IMG/VR virus record: IMGVR_UViG_3300015050_000576
Span: 3,308 to 67,307 of that record
Source: a virus
Taxonomy: Duplodnaviria; Caudoviricetes
Length of the DNA stretch: 64,000 nt
Direction: 5' to 3' (one strand)
Under the pieces are notes generated by a model that worked only from the letters and a program-made list of their open reading frames with translations, was not told the DNA's origin and did no database searches. Made by a program: the position numbers and the translations under genes. This document shows, in pieces, positions 46,623 to 55,298 of this stretch; the stretch's first letter is position 1, and each line of letters starts with the position of its first letter.

Positions 46623-47171
46623 ATGGAATTTACAGCCTTTCCGAAGATCGCCCGTCTTAACCGTGAGTGCGTCATCACCGAAAAGATCGACGGCACGAAC
46701 GCCTCAATCTGCATCACCGAATCTGGTGAGATGTTCGTCGGCAGCCGCACGCGCTGGATCACTCCTGAGAACGACAATTTCGGCTTCGCCAAGTGGGTGG
46801 AAGCGAATAAGTCCGAGTTGATGAAACTCGGCGTCGGCCACCACTTTGGCGAATGGTGGGGTTCTGGCATCCAGCGCGGCTACGGCCTTCAGAAGGGCGA
46901 GAAGCGGTTTTCTCTGTTCAATACTGCCCGATGGGCTGACGATGCAACGCGCCCGGCGTGTTGCGATGTCGTCCCTGTGTTGCACCAAGGAAGGTTTGCA
47001 ACAACAGAAATCGAAAATTGCCTTTCGGTCCTTCGCGACGATGGCTCGTTCGTCGCCCCCGGCTTCATGAAACCAGAGGGCATCATCGTCTGGCATGAGG
47101 CAGCACGCCAACTTTTTAAGGTGACGCTTGAGAAGGATAGCGAGCCGAAGAGCATTTCGGCCGCTGCCTGA
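46623..47171 (+). CDS. RNA ligase-family nucleotidyltransferase (Rnl2-like)
   Basis: FPKIARL, ITEKIDGTNASI (KxDG), GSR, GEW.G, F.LFN, EGII, K motifs. Confidence 0.82.
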   Translation: MEFTAFPKIARLNRECVITEKIDGTNASICITESGEMFVGSRTRWITPENDNFGFAKWVEANKSELMKLGVGHHFGEWWGSGIQRGYGLQKGEKRFSLFNTARWADDATRPACCDVVPVLHQGRFATTEIENCLSVLRDDGSFVAPGFMKPEGIIVWHEAARQLFKVTLEKDSEPKSISAAA

Positions 47172-47219
47172 CTTTCTTGATGTGAACCAAATCCGCGGCA
47201 CAGACAAAAGGGGCAGGAC

Positions 47220-47414
47220 ATGAAGCGAATCCTTGATCTTGAAGATGGCGACTGCCGTTTCCCGTTCGGGGAATCGGCGCCGTATTTGTTCTGTGGTGAC
47301 CCGGCGCAGGAGAAGTCGAGTTATTGCCCGGCGCATCACGTCAAATGCTGGCATCGATTGCAGCCACGGCCGGTCAAAGCCCGCATCTATCACGGAACGG
47401 ATTTTGCAGCATGA
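47220..47414 (+). CDS. GcrA C-terminal (sigma70-interacting) domain-like mini-protein
   Basis: ILDLEDGDCRFPFGE.....FCG......YCPAH matches the L.L....C(K/R)(W/F)P.G...FCG...YC..H GcrA signature. Confidence 0.75.
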   Translation: MKRILDLEDGDCRFPFGESAPYLFCGDPAQEKSSYCPAHHVKCWHRLQPRPVKARIYHGTDFAA

Positions 47415-47722
47415 AGGGCAAAATCGCAGAGGTGGTGCGGGCCTACGCCGACGACCACATTTACACCGTCCGTGGGACTTACCGCCTAACGGATAAGGAG
47501 TTCCGCACTTCGAAATTGCCAATAGCAGTCCGGGCCAGAACACTCGTCATCAAAAGACTTTTGGCAGACGGGTTCAACATCAGGGAAGTGTGCACATTCA
47601 CCGGCATGGCGTTCGGTATGGTCGAGCGCCGAGTGTACCCGGATCGCCGGTTCCGCAACAATGAACTCCGGAAACTATACCGCGCCAGGGAGAAGCAGGC
47701 CACATTGGAGGTGAGGGCATGA
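47411..47722 (+). CDS. Small HTH protein, weakly DnaA domain IV-like
   Basis: IAEVVRAY...YRLTDKEFRTSKLPIAVRARTLVIKRLLADGFNIREVCTFTG; lacks the canonical DHTTV. Confidence 0.4.
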   Translation: MKGKIAEVVRAYADDHIYTVRGTYRLTDKEFRTSKLPIAVRARTLVIKRLLADGFNIREVCTFTGMAFGMVERRVYPDRRFRNNELRKLYRAREKQATLEVRA

Positions 47723-48075
47723 ATACAGATTCCCCCTGTCCCTGCTGCGGTCAGACCATCGCGCCCGTCAGCGCGCCCAAGTGGAATGAAAATTCTCGCA
47801 CGCTTTTAGTTGGGGTTCACGTCGCCGTGCTAACTCCAATGCAGGCGCGCATGTTTGCGATGCTCTGGAAGGCGTGGCCAACCGGGCGGTCGATATCGGT
47901 AGAGCAGATGATGGAACACCTCTACGCGGAAGATCCCAACGGCGGGCCTGAGTTTAATAAAACCATATCCGTGCAGATCAGTCACATGAGGAAAAAGCTG
48001 GAGCCGATGGGGCTGTCGATCAGCGGGCGGCATGGCTACGCAATCATTCGTCATGCCGATCAGGTGGCGGCATGA
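47719..48075 (+). CDS. Stand-alone OmpR/CtrA-type winged-helix DNA-binding domain with N-terminal CPCCG
   Basis: LTPMQARMF.ML...ISVEQMMEHLY.......EFNKTISVQISHMRKKL.P.G..I...GY.I; no receiver domain. Confidence 0.7.
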   Translation: MNTDSPCPCCGQTIAPVSAPKWNENSRTLLVGVHVAVLTPMQARMFAMLWKAWPTGRSISVEQMMEHLYAEDPNGGPEFNKTISVQISHMRKKLEPMGLSISGRHGYAIIRHADQVAA

Positions 48076-48545
48076 CTGTTATCATGGGTATCGATCCCGG
48101 CGTCACAGGTGCCATCGCCTTCTATTTTACGGAGGCCCCGGGCCGCATCGCAGTTGATGATGTCCCGGTTGCCGGCGGCGAGATCAATGCTTCCGAACTC
48201 GCCCGAATCATCCGCATTCACCGCCCCGCCATGGCGGTTATCGAGCGCGTTTCTGCCATGCCCGGCCAAGGCGTCACGTCCATGTTTAACTTTGGTCGGT
48301 CCTACGGCGACGTGCGCGGCGTCATTGGCGCGATGGATATTCCGCTGCATTTCGTGACGCCGCAAAAGTGGAAAAAGCATTTCGGCCTTTCGTCTGACAA
48401 GGATCATGCGCGACTCCGCGCTATCCGCATGTTCCCCGCCGTTGCCGAGCAATTCAAACTGAAGAAGCACGACGGACGGGCTGAGGCCGCGCTGATCGCA
48501 CTTTATGGCGCCGAAGTTTTGGACAGGACGGGGGTAGCAGCGTGA
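48072..48545 (+). CDS. RuvC-like Holliday junction resolvase
   Basis: IMGIDPG.TGAIA, VIE.V.AMPGQGV.SMF.FG..YG, P.KWK, DGRAEAALIA. Confidence 0.85.
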   Translation: MTVIMGIDPGVTGAIAFYFTEAPGRIAVDDVPVAGGEINASELARIIRIHRPAMAVIERVSAMPGQGVTSMFNFGRSYGDVRGVIGAMDIPLHFVTPQKWKKHFGLSSDKDHARLRAIRMFPAVAEQFKLKKHDGRAEAALIALYGAEVLDRTGVAA

Positions 48546-48733
48546 CCGACACTTGGCAAAAGCTAGGCGATGTTAACAAGCGAATCGTGGACCGCCTCAC
48601 TCCAGAAGGCTTCTCGGTCGTCCTGCAAGGGCCGCTGGCTGCGGCTGTACGCCGTGAGGCTGCGAAGGCAGGCAACCACCCTGAAACCATCATCGTTGAG
48701 GCTGTGAGGGCTTACCTGGGGGACGCCGCATGA
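48542..48733 (+). CDS. Small ribbon-helix-helix-like protein
   Basis: VLQGPLAAAVRREAAKAG.HPETIIVEAVRAYL. Confidence 0.45.
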   Translation: MTDTWQKLGDVNKRIVDRLTPEGFSVVLQGPLAAAVRREAAKAGNHPETIIVEAVRAYLGDAA

Positions 48734-49512
48734 GTGGGGGGGTGTTCGCAGTTCATCGCGATATCTTTGATCACCACATTTTTTCCGAGGAGCCGTACAC
48801 CGAGCGGCTGGCGTGGCTTTGGCTCGTTAGTGAAGCCGCGTGGAAGCCAAAGCGAGTTCGCACGCCGCACGGGATGATCCAGCTTGAGCGTGGACAGTTG
48901 TGCCACTCTCAAAGGTTCTTGGCTGAGAAGTGGCGGTGGGATCGGAGCCGCGTGCGCAACTTCTTGGCTCTGCTGGAGAGCGAAAAAATGGTGACCCAGC
49001 TTAGACCCAGCTTGGACCCAGCTATAGCCCAGCAAAAGGCCCAGGTAACGAACCTGCTAACCATTTGTAATTACGACAAACATCAGTTCGGGGGCCCCAG
49101 CAACGAACCCAGCTCTCCATATGAAGACAAACAGGAAACGAACCAAAATCAACCCAAAGAAGAAGAACTAATAACTAAAAAAGAAAATATAGGGGGCGCT
49201 GACGCGCCTGCCGCCGTGAAAACTTCTCGGAAGAAGCCGGCGAGGGCGATGCCCGACATTTTCCCGGCGAGCGAAGCCATGCGCGCCTATGCCGAAAAGC
49301 GTGGGTACAAGTTTGAGATCCCGCCGTGCTTCGCCTTCAACAAAACCAGACCTGGACCAGCTCAGGCGATGTTCGAGGCGTTCAAAAATCACCACGGGGC
49401 GAAGGGCAGTCAGTTCTCGGACTGGGAGGCCGCATGGCGGACGTGGGTCGATAATCAGGCCCGATGGGATACGGAGCGGGGCAAGCCTCCGGGATTGAGG
49501 CCGGCGATATGA
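48730..49512 (+). CDS. Replication initiator (lambda O / DnaT-like)
   Basis: N-terminal HRDIFDH...AWLWL..EAA...RGQ...S.RFLA.KW.W....V..FL..L; C-terminal F..H..KG....DWEAAWRTW. Confidence 0.75.
   Translation: MSGGVFAVHRDIFDHHIFSEEPYTERLAWLWLVSEAAWKPKRVRTPHGMIQLERGQLCHSQRFLAEKWRWDRSRVRNFLALLESEKMVTQLRPSLDPAIAQQKAQVTNLLTICNYDKHQFGGPSNEPSSPYEDKQETNQNQPKEEELITKKENIGGADAPAAVKTSRKKPARAMPDIFPASEAMRAYAEKRGYKFEIPPCFAFNKTRPGPAQAMFEAFKNHHGAKGSQFSDWEAAWRTWVDNQARWDTERGKPPGLRPAI
48993..49190. repeat. Putative replication origin: iterons plus A-rich tract inside the initiator gene
   Basis: CCCAGC at 48995, 49006, 49017, 49028 (11-bp period), CCCAGG at 49040, CCCAGC at 49096 and 49108, then an A-rich stretch at about 49128-49190. 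Confidence 0.7.
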
Positions 49513-49811
49513 CAGCCAACGAGATCCTTTCCCAGTTTCGAATCGTTATTCGCAGCCCCAAGCACGGCAATCAAAAAACGATGTGCCCGGAGTGTTCATC
49601 CGGTCGGCGTCACAAAAAAGACCCCTGCCTGTCAGTCCTGATCGACAACGAGGGCGTGTTCTTCAACTGCAAGCACTGCGGCCACAAAGGCGGGAAGTCC
49701 TACGATGCTAAGTCCAAAAGCGGAAGCATGGTTTACCGCTCGGGCGATCGACCCCGAGATCGTCGCACGTATGCAGATTTACTCCGCGAAGCGCGGCCAG
49801 GATGGCGTTAA
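49509..49811 (+). CDS. Primase zinc-binding domain encoded as a separate ORF
   Basis: KTMCPECSSGRRHKKDPCLSVLID...FNCKHCGHKG. Confidence 0.7.
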   Translation: MTANEILSQFRIVIRSPKHGNQKTMCPECSSGRRHKKDPCLSVLIDNEGVFFNCKHCGHKGGKSYDAKSKSGSMVYRSGDRPRDRRTYADLLREARPGWR

Positions 49812-51207
49812 GCCGGACCCGGCCGGGGATCTGATCGCCTTCCCGTTCTTTGAGGGCGGCAAGGTCGTCAAGGAGAAATACCGCGGCAGGCCCGGTCCGG
49901 ACGGCGCCAAGAACATCACGCAGCGCCCCGATCCGAAGTCCACGTTCTACAACGCGGACGTTTTGGACGATCCCGCTCTGATAGACGGCTCGCAGGCGCT
50001 TGTGATTGTCGAGGGGGAGCCTGATTGCCTCGCGGTCCTGACGGCGGGATATCCGTTTGTGGTTTCGGTCCCTGATGGAGCGCCTCCGGCTGATGGCGAG
50101 AGCAAGCCGGAGCCGCAGGCATTGAGCGAATACGTCGATGCCGAAACCGATTCCATGAAGTTCATTTTCAACAATTGGGACCGGCTGACCAAGATCAAGC
50201 GGTTTGTGCTGTTCGCCGACAACGACGCGCCAGGTTGGCGGCTGCGAGACGAACTAGCTAGGCGTTTAGGGGCCGTGCGGTGCTCCTACGTTCGTTATCC
50301 TGATGGCGGCGGCAAAGATGCCAACGACATCCTGATCAAGCTGGGCGCCCCCTCTGTGGTCGATACGATCGCTAATGCGGTGAGGATGCCGGTTCGCGGT
50401 CTCTACCGCATGAACGATTTTCCGCCGGAGCCGGCGATGAACCCGGTTTCGACGGGGTTTGGTCGGTTGGATCTTCCTGTGCAGCCGGGCATGGCAGGGT
50501 TGATGGTGGAGAAGGGCCTGTTCATGACGGTTCTGGGCGCGCCGGAATCGGGGAAGTCCACATGGACAACGCAGGTAGCCGCCTATCTGGCGAAGGTTCA
50601 TGGGTGGAATATCGCCATCGCGACGTTCGAGATGCGACGCAACGCGGTCTACAAGCTGTTGCAGGCGGCTTACACCGGGAAAGAGCACCTTAGCCGGCAG
50701 GAGTACGACGCGGCTGATAGGTTCATCAATGAAAAATTCACGTTCATTTACAACGATTCGCTAAAGTCAGAGGACGAAACCACGATCGACTGGGTTCTGG
50801 AGTGTGCGCAGGACGCAGTAATCCGGGACGGGACCGACGTGCTTCTGATCGACCCGTGGAACGAAATGGAGCACAACCGCAAGCACGGCGAGAGCCTGAC
50901 CGAATACACCGGCAAGGCCATCAAGAAACTCAAGCGGTTTGCCCAGACCTATCACATCCTGGTCATGGTGGTGATTCACCCAACCAAGGACGGCGGCCTG
51001 AAAGCGGCGGCTAACGAACTGTCGATGTACGACGCGGCCGATAGCGCCCATTGGGTCAACAAGGCCGATCTCGGCGTCATGGTTCACCGGGACTATGCCA
51101 ACGAGATGACCACGATCAAGGTCGGCAAGGTCCGCTATCGCCAGACCGGGCGCCGCGGCGACACGACGCTTTCGTACATCCCCGAACTGGAAATATTCAG
51201 CCAATAG
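49705..51207 (+). CDS. Toprim primase + SF4 (T7 gp4/Twinkle-like) helicase
   Basis: IVEGEPDCL, DNDAPG, KDANDIL (Toprim); GAPESGKST Walker A; LLIDPWNE; HPTK. Confidence 0.88.
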   Translation: MLSPKAEAWFTARAIDPEIVARMQIYSAKRGQDGVKPDPAGDLIAFPFFEGGKVVKEKYRGRPGPDGAKNITQRPDPKSTFYNADVLDDPALIDGSQALVIVEGEPDCLAVLTAGYPFVVSVPDGAPPADGESKPEPQALSEYVDAETDSMKFIFNNWDRLTKIKRFVLFADNDAPGWRLRDELARRLGAVRCSYVRYPDGGGKDANDILIKLGAPSVVDTIANAVRMPVRGLYRMNDFPPEPAMNPVSTGFGRLDLPVQPGMAGLMVEKGLFMTVLGAPESGKSTWTTQVAAYLAKVHGWNIAIATFEMRRNAVYKLLQAAYTGKEHLSRQEYDAADRFINEKFTFIYNDSLKSEDETTIDWVLECAQDAVIRDGTDVLLIDPWNEMEHNRKHGESLTEYTGKAIKKLKRFAQTYHILVMVVIHPTKDGGLKAAANELSMYDAADSAHWVNKADLGVMVHRDYANEMTTIKVGKVRYRQTGRRGDTTLSYIPELEIFSQ

Positions 51208-51216
51208 GAGCCGCCA

Positions 51217-51420
51217 ATGACTGAGCACTATACCGGGACGCAATGGACTGTGACCGATGACGGAATCGAGCAGCGCGACGGGGATTACTTTATTCGGGCG
51301 GAAGACTTGTCCAATGACATGGGCGAGGGCGGGTGGATTGGGCACATGGCCGAGAAAAGCTGGGTGGATATCGATGATTTTAAGCGGGCGTTCGCAATAG
51401 CGGTCCGGAATCAACAGTAA
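51217..51420 (+). CDS. Hypothetical protein
   Basis: AGGAG RBS; HMAEKSWVD..DF..AF..A. Confidence 0.55.
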   Translation: MTEHYTGTQWTVTDDGIEQRDGDYFIRAEDLSNDMGEGGWIGHMAEKSWVDIDDFKRAFAIAVRNQQ

Positions 51421-51471
51421 CAGCGTTCGACAGCGTGAGACTGAACCATCCTCCTGCAAGCGAGCATCACC

Positions 51472-52119
51472 ATGCTAGGAACGATTGACATGCCATCACC
51501 CAAGCAGCGCCGGATCCCAGAGAAGCCGACGGCTGTTCCGAGAACGGAAACGGCGAGGGTGGACCATCCTCGATTGGCAGGGCTTACCGAGTCTGTCGTC
51601 AGGGTAACGGATACCTTGGCAGCGATGTTCAAGCGCAAGCAAATCAGCGAGCGGGAGTACATGACGGCGGAGCGGATTAGAATGGCCCAGGAACGGCTTT
51701 ATGGCGCTGTGGGTGGGGTTATGGACATGGACCGGGCTCGGGGAGGGTCGACGCCGGGACAGCCTCCAGCGCTCGGCTATATGATTGCAGCGGAAACGAT
51801 GTCGGAGATCAGGAGATTCCTCTATCCGCAGGATTATGCGGTGGTGCATCGGGTTTGCGGGCTTGGCATGACGGTAGAGGAGGCGGCTGCGAATTTGTAT
51901 GCGGCTGTTCCGACGAGGGCGCAGAAAGAGGATTGCGGGCGGAGGCTTCGCGCTGGTCTGGAGGAAATGGCGCGGAGGTGGTTTCCGGACAACAAGGGCC
52001 AAGGCCATCGGATGCGTTCTCATGTATCGGAGCGGGCAGGGGTTACGGATGTTGAATCAGTTCCGAAGGCGGATACGGCCCATGCTACAAGGGACAAAAT
52101 TTACAGGAGCGGGAGATAG
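51472..52119 (+). CDS. DUF6456-like late transcription regulator (candidate Q/GafZ-like antiterminator)
   Basis: L..M.KRKQIS.REY.TAER.R......VVHRVCG.GMTV.EAA......G.RLR.GL..MA..W; located where lambdoid Q lies, after the replication genes. Confidence 0.55.
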   Translation: MLGTIDMPSPKQRRIPEKPTAVPRTETARVDHPRLAGLTESVVRVTDTLAAMFKRKQISEREYMTAERIRMAQERLYGAVGGVMDMDRARGGSTPGQPPALGYMIAAETMSEIRRFLYPQDYAVVHRVCGLGMTVEEAAANLYAAVPTRAQKEDCGRRLRAGLEEMARRWFPDNKGQGHRMRSHVSERAGVTDVESVPKADTAHATRDKIYRSGR

Positions 52120-52121
52120 TT

Positions 52122-54085
52122 ATGGAAAATCTGATTTGGGCGTTGATCGTTGTGTCGGGCTCGGCAAACGTAAGCCTCTCGACTGGCTACCCCAGCAAGG
52201 CACTCTGTGAAGATGCTATAAGCATAGCCAGAACCGGAATGACACTGGCGGAAAAGAAGGCGCATGACGAAGCTGAGAGGGATCGTCGCGCCAAGGAGTT
52301 GAAGGCCTATCAGGATGCGCACCCAGCGAGAGCCACAAAACCATCGGACAAGAAAGAGTGCTTCGATAACACCTCGGGCGACCGAGGGTACGGCTCGTCG
52401 GCTGCCTTTTGCGTAATGGAAAGCGATGGGATGACTCGCTTTTACCAGAACAATTCGGTGTGGTCATATTCCATCTCCACTAGTCCGGACCGCGAAATCA
52501 AATACGCCAAATGCGTCATGGTCGATACGAAAGATAAATGAGGGTTGCTTCAAGCGTGGTGCACGCGACGAGGGATAGGGTTTATCGGGGTGAGAAATAG
52601 GAGAGGGTGATGATGTCGTGGATTTTAGTTTTGATGTACGCGAACGCGGCAATGGTTGTTATCCCAGATCGCTATGGGACTTTGGAGGCGTGTCAGAAGG
52701 CGGGCGAAGCGTTTCTTTCTGACCGAGGCGGACGCCGTTTTGAATGCCTTCCGGGTTCTCCAAATTTCAAGTAATGCCCAATTCATAAGGGTTTCTATAG
52801 CATATCAGCGCGGAATGTGGTAGGGTTTTTTGACGAACACAGAGGATGACAATGGCAATCCCGCCACCAGGAACTGCCGAGCGATGCCCGAAGTGCCTTG
52901 GTCACGGATGGTCGCAGACCTATAGCCTTCGCCCGAGCCGGATCGGTGGAGACATCATTCAAAAAGTCGGAGAGCCGTGCCAGTGCACCGAATGCTGCGG
53001 GACTGGCTACCGGCGCGGCGTTACAATTCCAACGGGAGACGAATATGGGAACTGAAACATCCAGAGAAATGCTGTCCTTGATGGCCTCCCGCACGTGTCA
53101 GGGGCAAACGATGAGCGACCCAACATATGAGCAGCTTCAAGTGTTGGTTTCCAGACTGGTGGACGCGCTTGATGCATGGGAGGCGTTCGCCGACTGCCAG
53201 ATCGAGGAGAAGATGGACGATGCTCGCAAGCATTCCGATTATGTGCGGAGGCTTTTGCCATGACGCGCGACGATCTTGATCTTGAACGAAAGCGCGAAGT
53301 CCTACTCATTGCCCGTGTTGTGGCGATTTGGACCTTTGTTATTGCGGGAACGTTAGCGCTAGTATTTCGCCACTAACCCATTGAGGGATGAGCAGATGGC
53401 AAGACCGATTGAAGAGCCGACCGTCACCAAGGAGCCGTGGGCTGCGGATAAGGACCGCGAAGTGTCGCGCCACCCCGCCTATGCTCAGGTCGCTATCCAC
53501 CATGTCCAAGGGAGCGCCTGTCTCTACGGGTCTGACTTTGAACACCACAACTACGTTATTCTAACGATCAAGGGTAGCGAGCTGCACCGTGATTTGGCGC
53601 GGGATTGGCATTTTGAGCGAGAGATGATTGTGGAAATCGCATTGAGTGAGGCTCAGTACGCGACCATGCTGTCGGCGCCGAACCGGAGCGGCGTGCCATG
53701 CACCTTGCAATATCGTGGTCGCGATATGATCCCCGGATTGCCTCGGCGAGACAGCACCAAACTTTACGATGCTGAGATTGAGCGAAAGCTTCACGCGACC
53801 GTTGAGAGTTTGGAAAAACAGCGCGATGAGATTAAGGTCGCTGTCAGCAAGCTGCCCAAAAAGGTACAGGAGCAGGTTCTTGGGCCTATCGAGACGGCTA
53901 TCCGGGAGATTGCCAGCAACACGCCGTTTGTGATGAAGAGTTTTGACGAGCATATGGAGGCGTCGATTGAGAAGGCGAAGGTCGAGGTGAACGCCTACGT
54001 GACCAATACCGTAATGCGGGCGGGCTTAGAATCTATTCAGGGCGGGACGCCTCTGCTTGAACTTGCGCAACGCGCGGCGGAATAG
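52122..54085 (+). other. Nin-like region of small ORFs (52122-52541, 52610-52774, 52846-53055, ~53041-53263, 53260-53376, 53396-54085)
   Basis: Plus-strand ORFs with RBSs; the first two share a W(A/I)L(I/V)...Y.(S/T)...C..A pattern. Confidence 0.55.
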
Positions 54086-54098
54086 AACTGCACCCCCC

Positions 54099-54127
54099 TT
54101 GACAACCCCGGGGGTCCAAGCTACAAA
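54099..54127 (+). promoter_or_regulatory. Candidate late promoter (pR'-like)
   Basis: TTGACA-17 nt-TACAAA; the spacer contains the palindrome ACCCC-G-GGGGT. Confidence 0.65.
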
Positions 54128-54150
54128 AGCCGCAGAATCCAGAATTGACA

Positions 54151-54186
54151 GCGCGCCCCGGGAAACCGGCCGGCGCGTTTTTCTTT
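54151..54186 (+). terminator. Promoter-proximal terminator (tR'-like)
   Basis: CGCGCC-CCGG-GAAA-CCGG-CC-GGCGCG then TTTTTCTTT. Confidence 0.7.
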
Positions 54187-54408
54187 GCCCAGTTCGGGCG
54201 GCCTCAGCTAGTCACGACGCCTCAAAGCATCCCCTAGCTCCCCTGTGAGCCGAGCGTCTTCAGCGAGTGTCGCCCGATCCTCTTCCGACCGCGGCGTGGC
54301 AATGCTCCACGATAGGCGGGCTGCAGCGCTGATTGTGATATCGGGGTCGCGTCCGATCGGTCGGATACAACATCGGCAACCAACATCGGCAAGAGCGGAG
54401 ATTGCGGG

Positions 54409-54597
54409 ATGAAATTCGAGGTCTTTAAAGACTCGGGTGCGCAAACCATCGCCGTCCGCGTTGGCCGGGAGGTGGCGGTCATGTCGATTGGGGATTGGTC
54501 CAAGGCGATTGCGCGGCCTAAGAGCGCCAGCGAAATGTTTATAGGTTCGGATACGGCGCCAAGCGAATACTGCGCACCCATGAAAGACCCCGCTTGA
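54409..54597 (+). CDS. Small hypothetical protein, first late ORF
   Basis: MKFEVFKDSG...; coupled to the next gene. Confidence 0.5.
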   Translation: MKFEVFKDSGAQTIAVRVGREVAVMSIGDWSKAIARPKSASEMFIGSDTAPSEYCAPMKDPA

Positions 54598-55298
54598 AGA
54601 TCATAATCTTCGTCCCGACCTACGGCCATCAAATCTATTCCCAAACCGCTGTAAGCCTCGTCGCCCTCACCAAGGAATTGGCAGACAGACAAATCTTCGG
54701 CGGCTGCAATGCTCTCTCATTTCCCGATATTGAGGAATTGAGAAACGTAATGCTCTCGATCTGGTACGACGGCACCGACGCCACCCATATGCTGATGGTG
54801 GATTCGGACATGCAATTCGAGCCGGCGTTGATTGGCGATATGTTGCTCGCAGACGTGCCGTTAATCGGCTGTATTTACCCCACCAAGCGATTGCCCAGCA
54901 CATGGGTAGGATCTGCACTTACTCCGGAAGCCCAGCCCAAAGACGGTTTATTGGAGCTTGAAGGTATAGGCTGCGGCGTCATGCTGATCCGGAGGGATTG
55001 CGTCGACCAGATGATTGCCTCGGGTAACGTCGACATTCAGACCGACAAGACCAATTCGGCGATGTTCAATTTGATGCCGAAGCAATGTTCCAGGGTCATC
55101 AAGGCGTTCACCAAGACCGCGAACGATGAAGGCCGGGAGCTGAGCGAGGACTTCGCGCTATGTTATCGGCACCGCAAATCCGGCGGCAAGGTCTATGCGG
55201 CGATCGCACACAGGATAACGCATTTGGGCGTTTATCCGTTCTCCGGCAAATACAGCGATATGTTTGAAGCGAAGCCAATGGATGAGGCGGCAGAATGA
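54594..55298 (+). CDS. GT-A-fold glycosyltransferase-like protein
   Basis: IFVPTYG, RN......W, THMLMVDSD (DxD), GCG.MLI.R, LSEDFA.C.R....GG.VY...I.H.G. Confidence 0.7.
   Translation: MKIIIFVPTYGHQIYSQTAVSLVALTKELADRQIFGGCNALSFPDIEELRNVMLSIWYDGTDATHMLMVDSDMQFEPALIGDMLLADVPLIGCIYPTKRLPSTWVGSALTPEAQPKDGLLELEGIGCGVMLIRRDCVDQMIASGNVDIQTDKTNSAMFNLMPKQCSRVIKAFTKTANDEGRELSEDFALCYRHRKSGGKVYAAIAHRITHLGVYPFSGKYSDMFEAKPMDEAAE

Noticed and set aside
48993-49113. Short periodic repeats as a CRISPR array
   Set aside because: 6-11 bp units without unique spacers, inside a coding gene, no cas genes; better explained as iterons. No CRISPR array was seen anywhere.
54234-54692. 152-aa minus-strand ORF in the late leader
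   Set aside because: Overlaps two plus-strand genes, has no recognisable motif and opposes the late promoter.
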